The translations under genes were made by a program, and so were the position numbers. Positions 1-13,910 of a DNA stretch of 64,000 bases are shown one piece after another. Source of the DNA: Octopus bimaculoides (taxonomy: Eukaryota); the NCBI RefSeq assembly GCF_001194135.2, contig NC_068982.1, positions 163,231,699 through 163,295,698 on the forward strand, in the 5' to 3' direction. Position 1 is the first letter of the stretch. Each line of letters starts with the position of its first letter. The notes beneath the pieces were generated by a model. It saw only the letters and a program-made list of their open reading frames with translations, was not told the DNA's origin and made no database searches.

Positions 1-123
1 CAATAAAATAAGAAATACATTTTTTTTTTTACGATTTATATATATATCATTCGCCATGATACATTGCTAACCACTACACACATGTTTTTCTTTCCCTGTT
101 TCTCTCCTTGTTTCTTTCTGTTC

Positions 124-159
124 CTTTCTGTGGAAGAGCGTAGGCTCGAAACGTTAAAG
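124..159 (+). ncRNA. Compact hammerhead-ribozyme-like motif (variant core) within a ~200-bp repeat (~45-245)
   Basis: Stem I CTTT/AAAG; core CTGTGGA+A; stem II GAGC-gtag-GCTC; GAAA; palindromic ACGT stem III; GUU site. The core deviates from CUGANGA at A6. Confidence 0.4.
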
Positions 160-424
160 ACTTTTTCAATTCCCGAGCATTATACTAATACATTTGTTTG
201 TTTTCTACATTACCTGTCTTCGTCATTTGTTTTTTTGTGAATTCTCTCTCTCTCTCTCTGTATATATATATTTTTAATTATGTATATGTTAATATTATCT
301 TAGTTGAAACACTTCGATAATGCAAATATATTAATAGTTACAAGGGTAGCAAAAATCTCACAGAAATTGGGATATTATACCTGGTCAAGGGGTAGAAATT
401 CCATGTTAAAGTGATGTAAAATGT

Positions 425-512
425 TTCCCTGAAGATAAAATTATATGTATAAACCAGCATCTCTTATTCCTTTGGAGTAGAGTGCATATAATTTTTGAAA
501 CATGTGTAGGAA
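425..512 (+). ncRNA. Type I hammerhead-ribozyme-like motif
   Basis: Stem I TTCC(425-428)/GGAA(509-512); CTGAAGA (429-435); perfect 11-bp stem II AAAATTATATG/CATATAATTTT; GAAA (497-500); AC-atgt-GT stem III containing the palindrome ACATGT; GUA site at 506-508. Confidence 0.6.
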
Positions 513-559
513 TTAAAGGAACTTATTGATTATATGCATTTTGCTCCATTTATTATTAT

Positions 560-595
<36 letters not shown>

Positions 596-899
596 TTTTT
601 CTATCAGCAATTAAAAATAGAACATGATGAACTGGTTCTTTTCAAGACCAAGGTCAGCGCTCTCATTGATCGATGACATTTGACCTCTGCTGACCCCAAA
701 GATGTGAGGCCTCTTTTGTCTCCTTGTCACACAGGAATGCTCACTGCTGATCTCCTTACCATCTACTGAATGTATTTACAAACCTATAGAATTTGATCTA
801 TTCACCAACCTGCTTCTCTTTCTCCTAATCTCAAGTGATTGTGGAGCACTTGAAATGACCAGTAAAGGAACTAAAAATTAGTTGAGAATGACCCCTGGA

Positions 900-1090
900 T
901 TACCATTCATGCAAGGAGTGCAAAAGATAGTATTAAATGTTAACTGCAAACGTAAACAGACTGTATATGAAAAGAAAGAATGGTGGCAGAGGAATGATTA
1001 GTATAGACCACTGTATAAGGAGTGAAAGGAGAATGTTTGCTGAGTATTTGATAAATAGCAATGAAGATCTGTTGCAATATACCAGGACCC
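900..1090 (+). mobile_element. R4/Dong-like non-LTR retrotransposon fragment (post-RT region)
   Basis: The frame from 949 reads NVNRLYMKRKNGGRGMISIDHCIRSERRMFAEYL, matching the RLYxxRxxGGRG motif of RLE-type LINEs. Confidence 0.65.
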
Positions 1091-1269
1091 ATATTATTAT
1101 TGATAATTTTTAAATGCTATAGGTAGAATGATGGTGGTAATGATAAAAACTGTGGTTATGGAGGCGATGCAATGCAAGCAAGGTATTTATATATATGTGT
1201 ATGTACATACATGTGCACGTGTATATACAAATAAAGAGAGGAAGAGAGAGAAGAGATCTCAATAACAAC

Positions 1270-2845
1270 TCTTGTGGGAACCTCAAGAATGACTCATGAA
1301 GTCATGATGCAACACAACAAGGAAGGAATTAATGAAGCTATAGGTGATCATGGTGAAGGCTTCCTGCCTGGCACATCCGAAAGTGCCTGCACCAGGGGCA
1401 GTGATCTGGCCTTGGACAGTCATTATTTTACAACAGATCACATATACAGTGTGCACAAAAACAGACATAAGTGGATGAAGGAAGAGTACGACACACTTAT
1501 TGAATGTCATGAAAGAGCAAAACTGGAAAGAAGTTGCTGAGTAGGCTGAAATACCTTGAAATTTTGGATGGAAAAGGACATGTGTCCAATGTCAGAAAAT
1601 AAACTAATGAACCAAGTGAGAGTGATAAGGAGGAAGGGTTACTTAACTGGAATAGAAATATCTCAGATTAGTGAGAGTCTGAGAGACCCTGCAGATGGGC
1701 TACAAAGGATGGTCAGAGTTGAAAACAGAGAGGTAGGAGTTGAAAGCAGGGAGAAGAGTAGACAAGGGGAACAGGGGAATGGTGATGGGGCTGTTAAGGA
1801 TGAGGAACAGGAACGTTATACAGTGAAACCTGATACTGTGGTGGGTGGACATGCAGGGGAAATGAATCAACTAGATAATGAATTGCTTGAAATTCAAAGA
1901 TGTCTCACTGACTTGGTGAATGCTCCAGAAGAAAAAATCCTCATGAATATGAAAAGGATAGATAGGAGTATGATAAATAAAGTAACACAAAAGATAAATA
2001 CTGTCATACCATACATCCAGATGGAGGACATAACACAAACAAGGAATCTTCTCCGAGCTATTGTGTACTTGTTGAGGAGAAATTACAACTTAAGAGAACA
2101 AAAAATGGTGATGCAAAAGAACCATGGTGGAAACCATGCACTGAAAGGGACATAATGTGGGCAAGGCAAGGTCTAGGAAAAATTGAGCAATGGTTAAGAG
2201 GAAACTTGAAAAATGGGAAAAAGACCGACTGAGAAAAAGTAGAGAAGAAATATAAAATATGGAAGAATGGGTTTGATGCAGTAATAGAACAGTTAAAACA
2301 GAGGATTATGGCAAAAAGTCAGAAGATCAGATTTGTGAACAGAAATAAGTAGTTTGAGGAGAACAGATTGTTCAAAAATAACCTGAAGCAATTCTTCTAA
2401 ATGTTAGAAGGAGACAATGGGGGAAAATGTTGCTCCTGATGCAAATCAAGTCAAGGAGTTTTGGAGCGGGTTATGGGGAAACAATGTGGTGCAAAAAAGG
2501 GATGCAATATGGATAGGAACTATCAAGATAGAATTACAAGGAGGGAAGAAACAAAGGAATATTATCATAAGCACAGGTGATGTGAAAGAACAAGTGGGTA
2601 AAGTGCCTAACTAGAAAGCCCCTGGACCAGATGGGATTCATGGCTTCTGGCTGAAGAGATGCCATGTAGTGCATGAAAGACTAGCAGCCCAATTGAATGA
2701 GTGTGTCCAGAAAGGTACAGTCCCTGTGTGGATGGTGACTGGGAGGACAACACTTGTAATGAAAGATAGAAGAAGTGGGAATATTGTGGGAAACTACCAT
2801 CCCATAGCACACCTAAACATAATCTGGAAGATACTCACTGGAATA
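1270..2845 (+). mobile_element. R4/Dong-like non-LTR retrotransposon, degenerate N-terminus to early RT
   Basis: FWMEKDMCPMSENKLMNQVRVIRRKGYLT; FWSGLWG; KAPGPDGIHGFWLK; WMVTGRTTLVMKD...GNYHPI...IWKILTGI. Interrupted by stops and frameshifts. Confidence 0.8.
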
Positions 2846-2869
2846 TGTGTGGCAAAGACATGCACTTTT

Positions 2870-5340
2870 CCTGTTGCTATGAGAAACGTAGGACCTTTAG
2901 GGCTCTGCAGGGAAGGATTAGTATAGCTTTAGAACTCTGTAGTTAACGGATTGGTATAGCTCTCAATACTGAAGTTTGGTGCGACCCTCAAGGATTTTCC
3001 ATATATAAATCATTACATATATATCTTCTTTGTCTACTTTCCAAAGAATGGAGTCTTAGTGCTTTCAATCTCTTCTGGTAGTTCAGCTTTTGTTTTGAGG
3101 CTATTTTCTTCATGTAGTATCACTGGATTGCTTTTAGTTTTACAGTCAATTTAATACTGTTTGGCAATCATAATTGCAAGCATAGTTCAGACATCTGAAG
3201 AGAAATGTTTTCCATAAACGCAGCATGCTTTCTTGCTCTTCCATACAAAATGATTTCAAAATCCATCCTGTCAGTCTTTTGCATATCATTGCCATCTTGT
3301 TAATGTGTGCATGAAAAGATGCAACATTACTCATATTTATTCCCAGTAATGCACTGACTGTGGCTCTGGAATTGCAATCCCTCAAGGTCTTGTGCATTCT
3401 GGATGTGATGTGTTTGTGGGCTAATGGTAATGATCTTTCCAGTGTTAAATTGCATGTTATTTTCTTCAGCCCATTTGTAGATTGCATTGAGGTCTTTCTA
3501 TAGTTTTGGAGCTATACCAGTGTTTTTAATTGCCTGTGATACTTTTTATCATTGGCATAGCTGGTGAGAGTGACTATTCGTATAACTGAAGGCATGTCTG
3601 ATAGAGCTAGTATAAACAGCTATGGTCAAGAGTCAGTTCTCTGGGACGCTCTATCCAAAATCAGTGTTTCTTTTGAGAGAGCACCATTGGCATCAGCTAT
3701 TTGACTTTTACCTCTTAAAAGACCATGCAACCCACTCTCCTAATTTCCCAATTAGGCCAAGATCACACAGTTTATAACACATATCCCATGATCAACTTCA
3801 TTGAAGGCCTTTTTAAAAGTCAAGATATACCATGTATACATTTATGTAGTTGTTCCTAGTTATAGTGCTATGGCAGCTGTATAAAGTAGTTTCTTCTTGA
3901 GTGAAGACCTTGCTGAAAATTAATCAGTAACTCATTTTCTTCTAAGAACCTGATTTGTTTCTCTCTGATAATTCATTCTATGACTTTGCAGACATATGAA
4001 GTAGAGACAGGCCTAACTTTTAATATCTGCATTGTTTCCTCTTTTATGAACAAAGTATGTTATGTTTTTAACTTATCTGGAGATTTCCTTCTTGTCAAGA
4101 AAGTTTGAAAAGGCATCTGAAGTGGCTTGACAAAAGCCTGATAATATGTTTTTTTTGAGGATTGTTGGGAATCTATCAGGGCTTATTGCTGAGTTTAAGC
4201 TCATTCCATCTATAGTTGATATTACATCTTCCTCTTTTATGTTGATGCAACCATTACTTGCTGTGGTGTCAAAGAACTGATCTACATGTTTCCTAGCCAA
4301 ATGGGCAAAATACTGGATAGAGTTCAAGTGCTCCTTTTACTTTGGACTTTACATTGTAGGTTCTGGAACGTATTTAATGAATTATTGACATAAATTACTC
4401 AAGTTTTATGCTATTGTTTTGCATAGAGAAACTTTCAAGTGTGTTATATTTGAGAATCTCCCTTTGAATTAACTTCCAGTCAGCTTTATGAAAAATTTCT
4501 TAGACCATACATTGTAGATGAGTTCCATGTGAAGAACAGATCTAAAATGTTTTTATTCCTGGTTGGTTACAGTATAATTTGTTGCACAAACAATGTAATA
4601 GTAAGTTCAAATAGATATTCTCCTTGTTGTTTTTGTTCATTTAGTGATATTCCTAATAGAATGTGGCATTTGGTCTGTTCAATATTGGGGACGTTAAAGT
4701 CACCCATGAAGAATATGTTACATTGGTCCAGTCTGGTTAACATCTCTTTTATCTTATCAAGGCTTTCTTCAAATTTACTGCTATTGAGGCATCAGTTGGA
4801 TGGCATGTTATACATATAATCAAATTAAGTTGTTTAACATATACTATTAGTGTGTCACAAACTGAATTAAAGTATGACAGCAAGACCAAAAGTGTGATGC
4901 TTTTAAGGATGAATATAGTAACTCTGCCATGCTATCTCTTTCTTCTTAATACAGAATATGACATATTTCAGTATGAATCTCTGCATATACTATAATTGGT
5001 GCCTCTATGATTTCTATACATATTGCTTGATTGCATTTTGAAAAATCTCCTAGACAGCAGATTTTACTCCTGGTTATTGATTTGTAACAGACCTCTAACA
5101 TCCATTGGTAATAGTGATATGATGTTTAGGTGGGCATCTGTGGTTGCCATCTTTAGTTTGTAATTTATGATGACCTTGTGTGTAGTTTTGGCTTGTTATC
5201 TGCTGCAGCCAAATCAGCTGCTGTACTCTCTTTAGTGTGATATTTAAAAAAGCATGCTGCTCATCTGCTGCAGTTCATAATGCATTTTCATATCACGTTT
5301 TGGTGGGGGATAAATATATATTCATTTACTTTACATCCAT
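2870..5340 (-). mobile_element. Degenerate CR1/L2-group LINE (APE endonuclease + RT)
   Basis: Minus-strand fragments: FFMGDFNVPNI (APE), EEDVISTIDGMSLNSAISPDRFP (pre-RT), KKAFNEVDHG (RT), FHAHINK...GWILKSF...LRLWKTF...LNYAC, and YQKRLKALRLHSLESR (C-terminus). Confidence 0.75.
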
Positions 5341-5865
5341 TTTTTCAAGCTAACATGAGTTAGATGAATACATATGACAAAAGTATTGTTTTCACAGCCA
5401 GGTTCCATTTCATGTCCCTAGCCATAGGGTTAGTGACATGCAGAGCACTCATCTTTGAAAGTGCAGAGCTAATGGATAATTTTTCTGTCAGAGAAATGTT
5501 AACAAATGTCATTGATTTTTTGGAGAAGTGCAAAATGTAAAAATTCATGTACACATGTATGCAACACACACATACAATCATCATCATCATCATCATAAAA
5601 ACTACTGTTGGGTTAATGTCCAGTTTTCCATTCTTGCATGTAGCAAATGAAATTCATTGAAGCAGATTTTCTATGGTTGGATGATTTTCCTATTGTCAAC
5701 ACTCCACTGTCTCCAAGAAAGATAATATTTCCCCCTAGTCCTTCAAATGTGACCAGCACAATTCTAGTGTTTTCACAAAAGAATACAACTGAATGACATT
5801 GCTTTTATGGTTGTGGTGTTCATTTATAATTAGTGTGTGATGTCCAAACAAAGAGACACAAACAT

Positions 5866-5914
<49 letters not shown>

Positions 5915-6946
5915 NNNNNNNNNNNNNNNNNNNNNNNNNNNNNNNNNNNNNNNNNNNNNNNNNNNNNNNNNNNNNNNNNNNNNNNNNNNNNNNNNNNNNN
6001 NNNNNNNNNNNNNNNNNNNNNNNNNNNNNNNNNNNNNNNNNNNNNNTATATATAATGTATACATAAAATGGGATTCTTTCAGATTCCATTTGCTAAATTC
6101 ACAGACAAGGTTTTAGTAGGCCTGGTACTATAGTAGAGGGCACTTGCCCAAGGTGTTAAGTTGCAGGACTGAACTCAAAGCCATGTGGATATAACTGAAT
6201 TTCTTACCCACTCATCCACAGATACTGTTTACTATGTGATATAACCATGTAACTTCTCTACAGCAAGAAACCTGGTCTGTTTGGCCCCTTCTCTCATGCA
6301 TTTCCTAGTTTAAAGTAGTCTCCCTATACACTGTAGCCACACCCAATCAAAAGGGATCTTAGTCTTGCAAGCTGCTTGGCAACCTCCCTCCTTGCTGTTA
6401 TTATGAAAAAAGCATCCTGAACACATTATATAGTGGTTGGCATTAGGAAAGACATCCAATGTAGAAACCATGTCAAAACAACAACTGAAGCATGATACAT
6501 TCTCCAAGCCCATAGGATCCTGTCAAACTGTCCAGCATATGCTAGCATGGAACATGGATGTTAAATGATGATTTTGATATGATATATTCTCTATGATTAA
6601 TAAAGGTATCATAATTTTTTATGATTATGGGTACACTAGGTTTTACATAGTTTTCATAAGTTATGAGACAATTCTGGTTGGAAGATTTCAATGCAAGAGC
6701 TGGAAGTGAGTTCAGAAATAAAGACTTATTAGATTATATAATCTAGACAGTATGAACAATGATGTAATGATACTTCTAAGTAAGTGTACTGCACATTGAT
6801 TAATTAATAGAAAGGGATAAAACAGTACACCACTGGACTAAATATATTATAATATTTAATCTCACTGGAATCAACTTAGTCTTATATTTTCCTGGTGGAT
6901 TTATAAAATAAGTAACAACATCAATAGCATATAATGATTCATTCCT

Positions 6947-7155
6947 AAGGCAGTGAGCTGGCTGAATCATTAGCACATCAGGCAAATAGCTTTGTGGCAT
7001 TCTGCCTGTTCTTACATTCTGAGTTCAAATTCCACCAAGGTTGACTTTGCCTTTCATCTTTTCGTGGTCAATAGAATAAGTACTGGGATTGATGTAATCG
7101 ACTATCTCCCTTCCACAAAATTTCAGGCCTTGTACCTATAGTAGAAAGGATTATA
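6947..7155 (+). mobile_element. tRNA-derived SINE (same family as the 25.3-29.5 kb array); further dispersed copies near 11760-12020(-), 14215-14390(+), 39855-39955(-), 52790-53010(+), 61000-61200(-)
   Basis: A-box-like TGGCTGAATCA, B-box-like GAGTTCAAATTCC, conserved core gttgactttgcctttcatc...aataagtac, and a tail ending agaaaggattatatt. Confidence 0.75.
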
Positions 7156-10100
7156 TTAATCCCTGCAAAAACTGGCTTTGTGTTCAATGCTTACTTTTGG
7201 TGGCCTAAATTGTATTGAACGCTCTCTGAACTTCTGTGCTTATTTTTCTTTATGAGTCTGTCTCCACATGTGTCTTATTCTCCACACCTGGTACTCAGAG
7301 TTTGGAGAATAAGACATAATAGGGTTTCTTTTTAATTACAGTCGCCTTTATTTTTTTATCTTTTCCAAAACATAATTCTTCTGGAAATTCCTCATTCACA
7401 TGCTTATCCATCAAATTCTAAACTGCAACAATAAAAAAAGATGCATTAGTCTTATTCATTTATCATAACTCTAGGAGGTTCTGTTGTTTAACCCTCAGGT
7501 TAGCCTTGATTGAGCAGACCTATCAACAAAGGTGCTCTGGCTGCGACCATTTTATTTTTTGTGTGTATCATGGATGACATAGTTCAATGTATGAACCAAG
7601 GAAGATAAATGTTTCTTATTTAAGATGGTAGGATAGAATTTGAAGAAGATTTGGCCACTGTTCTAGTAAGTCAACTGATCATGTATGGGTTCCCTTGTTG
7701 CTTTACAGACCACAAATCTTAGAAATGTCTTCTTAGATCAATGTCCCTCCCCCATCACCGAAAAAAAAAAAAAGAAAGAGGAGGAAAATCCCAAGCAGAT
7801 CTCATAGAAGGTAAGACTGTAAAGGTTGAGATTAATTTTCTATAGGTTTAGAGATTATCCTCATGCTGATAAAGGAATTTATCACAGATTTTGGTCTCTG
7901 GGACAAGTCAGCCTGGTGGAATTCATATGTACTGATTTTGTTATTTTACCATCTCAGATATTGATTGCAATTATTTGATTCAAGTTATAAAATAAGCTAT
8001 ATATATGCGTATTTTGGTAGAGCCATAATGATAATTAAACTAAACATATGCACTTGTGAATTCTTTTCTTCATTACATTTGATACATCCATTGTAGAAGT
8101 GAAGGAGCTCCTCTACTGCAAAAAAAAAAAAAAAAAAAAAATCATATGACTAGTCTTGATTTTTTTTGTACTTGCTAGATATTAAAAATGCCATGTTTAT
8201 AACTACATGACAAAATGTAGAGATAAAAAAAATGTATTCAAATGCCAAAGAACATTTCTATTACATGAAGATGAATGTTATATCATAATATTGAAGTAAC
8301 ACAGAGATTGGCAGGAAGCTGTAAAAGACTGTGAAATACATAAAAAAAAACCCCCATCAAAGACTAACAACAATGTCAATAATAACATAAACCTTAATGG
8401 TAAATATAAGAAGCAAAACAAAAGAATGTGATGTGTAAGTTGTTACATGCAATATAATAAGCATTATCAACTGGACAGCAGACAGCAAACTATTGTAACA
8501 AATGTTACAGATGTTTGTCACAAAAGAAACAAAAATGAAAAAGAGGGAGTGAGAGTGTGAGTGAGAGAAAGAGAGAGGGAGAGTGAAGATTAAAAAAAAA
8601 TAAAACAGCTACAAACATTTATTTTTATAAAGATTCAAACATTTTGGAAGATAAACAATGAAAAAAAAAACCCAGGTTATGAAAATATAGTTCTTTTATT
8701 GATCGAGATATATATGAATAGAACTAAAGACATGTTCAACTGTTATGACAGAATATCAGTGCTACCTATCACAACATGGCATAAAAGAATTGCTGAAACA
8801 ATATTGAAGAAATTCTTTTCTCTTCCTTTTTCACTTGTAATCTTCATAGAGTGTTTCCGAAAAAAAAAAAAAAAAAAAAAAAAGAAAAAAGGAAAGAAAA
8901 CAACCAACGAACAAACATTAGTACAAGGCAAGAATTTGAGAAGTTTGAATGAAAATCTCAGTACTATTTCTACAGAGGATAAATTCAATGGCCAAAAAAT
9001 GGTGTTTGAAATTATCTACATTGCAGATGTAAAGGTAAAAAAAAAACACAAAATAAAAAATAAAAGAAAAACATAATTCCCTGAGTGTTTGAATTTCTCA
9101 GTTTGGAATATAGAACCAATATGGCTGCCAGCTAACAAGCTTTCTACACAATTATTTCATTAAATCAAATAAAAGGTAAAAGTTGATGACAAAAATCTTT
9201 TATAAAATATTTTAGCTTCCTTCACTGAACTTAGAAATTTGAATAATTTTATTATATCTTTAAATATTTTTTGTTGTTTTGTTTAGACAGAGAAATCAGA
9301 TTAAACTATTAAACTAGTTTTAGTTAACGATTATCTTGTTAAAATGTAGTACGAATCATCTTATACAAGGTATTTCCAGTTTTTTTTTTATAATTCTAGA
9401 TAACTTTACAAAACACAAACTAATACAAGAAAAATTTTTACATTTGATAAATTGAATATCCACAAAGACAGATAAAAGGTGCTGATCAGTCCAACTAAAT
9501 TGCAAAGATGAAAAATATTCCTGACATTCTAGTTGACTCATTTTCTCTCTTTCTCACATACAAATTGTCTTTTATTCTGTCTTGTATGTCACATAGAAGT
9601 AACATTCGGTCAAACTCACACACCTCTCACCTGCTTACATACAACTGATATACGTCACAGCATTTTAATGTACAGAACTGCTTCCTTGGTTACAAAATTT
9701 GAACATGCTAATTCAGGGTTGGCTGGGTGGGTGTCTCATGCTACCAATTTGAACACCATAATTATACATACCATTACAAGATCAGTATTCACAAACAATG
9801 TTGCAAGTTTGTTGATTATTTCATTAAGTTTATGTAGAAAGACGGCTTTTTAGGTGATTAAGATATGACCTCTGCAAAATGGTGAAAAATCTTGGAAAAT
9901 TGATCTGCAATGCAAGCTGAATTTCCAGTTGAGCTGTTTCATACCATATTTTAATTTAAATCAACGATCTGGAGAGAATGAGCTTCACCAGGATAAATTA
10001 TTCTCACTTTATATGAAAATGAATCCTTTAGTAGTGACCAAACAACTAAGATTATTGGGCAATTTTATTTCAGATAGTGAATGTATTTTTTTTTTTTAAC

Positions 10101-13100
10101 CAAATGCTTATTATATGATTGAAAGCTAGAAAAAGGGCTGAGATGATGAGATGCAAGATGACCAACTAAAGACTCAGCCATTCAAATCCTGTCACTAACC
10201 TTAAATGGCTTAATCCATCAAGTTGTAAATAGATAGGTACCAGATTCAGCATTGTTTCACTAGCTTGCAGTGTTAAACTCAGTTTATCTTTGATGAAGAG
10301 AGAAATGAGATTTGCAAAGCTGATTTATCCTACATAAACTAAATGGGTTTTTTTAGTTGTATGGGATTGGACATTTGTAGGAATATATTGCCTTAACTGT
10401 CACATTATCTTTTCAATTGTTTAACTGTTTTTCTCTTTTTCACTTAACACTTTCAATAACACAGAATAAAATTCTTTTTAACAAAGTTATTTTATAAATA
10501 AGTCATCATTAACTCACACATACATACACACACACATATATATGAATAAAAATGCAAATGACAAAGTCACTGGAATATCATTTAGCAGTTTAAATCTGTT
10601 ACTAGAGTTTCATATATCTGTGGTCAAAGAAGCTTCATTTTCAATAGTCCAGTTCAGTTAATTGCAAGTATTGCAGAGCAGTAAGTATAATTTGCTACCT
10701 TTGCAAGTCGCTGCTTCACTATAAAATAATAAAGGTTTCACTGGCTACCAATACTTGATTCACTTCAGAAAAAGCTAGCTGCAACAGACTAACATCCTAT
10801 TCAGAGTGTTATGTTTCATAAAATGAAATGGGTTCCATCTAGAAAATTGAAGACTTTTATGTTCTATAGTGTTCACCATAGATTAGTTTTAAAATATATT
10901 GCTTTCTTTTGATCAGTTAAAAGAAAGTTTTACATTTAAAGAAGATAGACATATGAACTAGTGACTTTGTGCCCTTTTTAAGCATATAACTATTTTTTCC
11001 TTGCTTATAAATTTTCTGTATTCAAAAAGAAGTTGTTTCCAAGAATATTAGTGGGGTAAATGAAGTGTTTTGGTTTCTGTGTTTAGTATATCAGGATATC
11101 TAGCTCTCTTGTTCTACAGAACTTTAAAATACATTGATTTCTTTTGATCAAAAATAAGTTGTTTTATATTTTAAGGGAGTTGGAAGAAGTAATACTTATA
11201 TCCTTCTTAACGGAAGTGGTGGTGGTGGTGGATATCCATTGTTAAATTATGGGGATTCAGTTGTTGGATCATCTAAATTATTTGCTCTTGAATTAACAAG
11301 AAAGTACTCTTAACATGATTCTTAGACAAAATCAGCATGACACAGTATGTAACAAGGTTGTGCCTTTTGAATTACAGGTACTGGCCATATGATGGACTTC
11401 TATATGACTTCTGTCTCCCCAATTTCATTCACAAAGTATGGGTCAACCCAGGGCTATAGAAAATGACATTTGCCCAAGATGCCATACAGTGGAATTGAAG
11501 CAGGGACCTTGTGGTAGTGAAATAAACTTTTTAACCATTTGGCCACACTGCACTCATTTAAAGGAATTAGTGGCACAATATTAGTAAGGGAAAAGAGTAG
11601 AGTTGATTGAATCGACTCTATTATATTGCTAGTTGCTAGCACTAATAATAATACTGATTTTATTGTTAATTAAGCACCAAGTCAATATTTTACAGATGAG
11701 GAGATATAGATCATTGGATCAATACATTAAAGGTATATAACTTATCAACTCAAGAGGACACAACAGAATATGAAGCTGAATGCAAGGGAGTGAAATTAAA
11801 AACAGTGAGACATTTAGTTTGATATTGTACTGTTCCTAGGAACTATTATTTTACAGTACCTTCACACACAACACAAGGCCAATTTTGTAAAAGGATGGAT
11901 ATATTCAATCAAATCAACATAATACATTATTCATACTTATTCCATTAACCATGGTAAAATGAAAGACAAAATCAACTGAGGTGGAATTCAAACTCAGAAT
12001 GGAAACTGGCAAAACTATACACTGCAATGCATTTAGTTCATTTCTCTGTAACAAATCTGCCAACTTGCTGCTACACAGCACCAAGCAATACATTTATAGA
12101 ATCCAATAGATTTCCAATGATAATGCTTATTTTTGTAAGAAGAGGAAATATTTGTTGGATCTCTGTATCAAAGATAAGTTTGAGACTTTGAGAAAGCTGC
12201 TTTGATCAGTGATCTAGTACTGGTTAGTGGTAGAATGAAAATGCCATTAGTTAACAGCAATTCACATATTGGCAAGGAAACTGAAGTATGGATGAGACAT
12301 TAATTTTAATTTATCTTTCAAGAAACTCAATATTTTAACAATGCCTTATGTTGTTTTAGGAGCAAATAACTTCTTTCATCAGTTTACCTAAATGTGAAAT
12401 TGTAATACCATACAGTTCACTGAATGATTGTTAATTAGTAATGACTTGTCTTAAATCCTCCATGTTGAAATTTTGATGATGGAGCATTTTTGGAAATATT
12501 TAAGATGAGGATGTTTCTGAAAACTTCAGAGAGTCCATGATAAACAGAAATTAGTTCAGATTTCATATAAGTCTCTCTTAGGTTGGAACACAAATGGGAT
12601 GGCAGTTTAATGCAGGGAGATATTCTCAGGTTTGGACACTATTACCAGCAGCTAGGTAAATTGAGGTATGTAAAATGAAGTATATAGTTTTAACACATAA
12701 TGAAATGGAGTGAATTTGAACTCATGATTTATAAGTTGATAGAATGATAAAGTATCATACTTTATCCACTCTACTATTTTGCCATTACTCTTACAAGTGT
12801 TACTGCAAGAACTTTCTGGTATTAAAAGATATCTGACACATATCTAATTTGTACTTTTCATTTACGTAAAAGTTACTATAAATTTATTGCAGATTATGAA
12901 GTAATTCTGTCCATCCAAGGATGAATTCATTCATTCATTTAATGAATCCAATTTATCAGCTGATCTCAGTAAATCTGGACCTAACCTAGTTACTCAGCTG
13001 ACAGTTGGAGTGAAACATATTTATTTCTTTTTTTGCACCTACCAAAATATAACAACAACTGGGCTCAGGCCATATTGTCATGTCTATGAAGAGAAAGAGA

Positions 13101-13329
13101 GGTCTGGGGATACTTGTAATGTTTATTGAGCAGTTTTGTTGCTCATACTGTGTGAATGTGTAGGCCTCAGAAAAAAATGCAAAATGCAAAATTTTTAATA
13201 AATATGTATGAATGTGTGCATATGCAAATACACACACACACACACAGACATAAGTACAATATACAGTAGACCATGCTGACAGAGCTGAACACTAAGAGCT
13301 TAGGAATAGGTTTAAAATGAACCACACAA

Positions 13330-13910
13330 AAACAAAATATATGCAGTCAGATGTAGCACAAGGCCAAATAGTAGTGGGGAGTGATGAAATCAATGAGATA
13401 AAGGAGCATGTCTCCTTAGGTCACACAATGAATATGAGCTGAGATATGGATGCTGAAATCTCAAAGAGATTAAGAGCAGGGTGGAAGGCCTTTAACTCAA
13501 TAAATGATGTGCTCCAAACAAAGCTAGACAATGCCATATGTACCAGACTCTTCAATAGCACCGTCCTACTTGTGCTCTTATATGCAAATGAGACATGGGC
13601 TACTATGAAGAGAATAGAACATTGGTTGGCTATGATGCAAAGGCCCATGGAAAGATACATGCTAGGAATATCACTAAGAGAGCACATTTGAAATGAGATA
13701 ATTCAAGAATGGACATGTTGCAAGGCTTACAAACAACAGGTGGACCCATGCAGCTGCTGAGTAGTAAGTATCCAAGAGATCAGAAAGGGCTGCTTAGAAG
13801 GCCACCATGTTGATGAGAAGATGATTTAATCAAGCAATTTGGGTTGAGATGGAAAAAAATGGTGCCATCAAGACAGAATTGGAAGTACATTGTGACCAGC
13901 AGTGTATAAC
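13330..13910 (+). mobile_element. RTE-clade LINE 3' fragment
   Basis: MDAEISKRLRAGWKAFNSI...RLFNSTVLLVLLYANETW...MQRPMERYMLGISLREHI is a typical RTE RT C-terminus. Confidence 0.8.
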
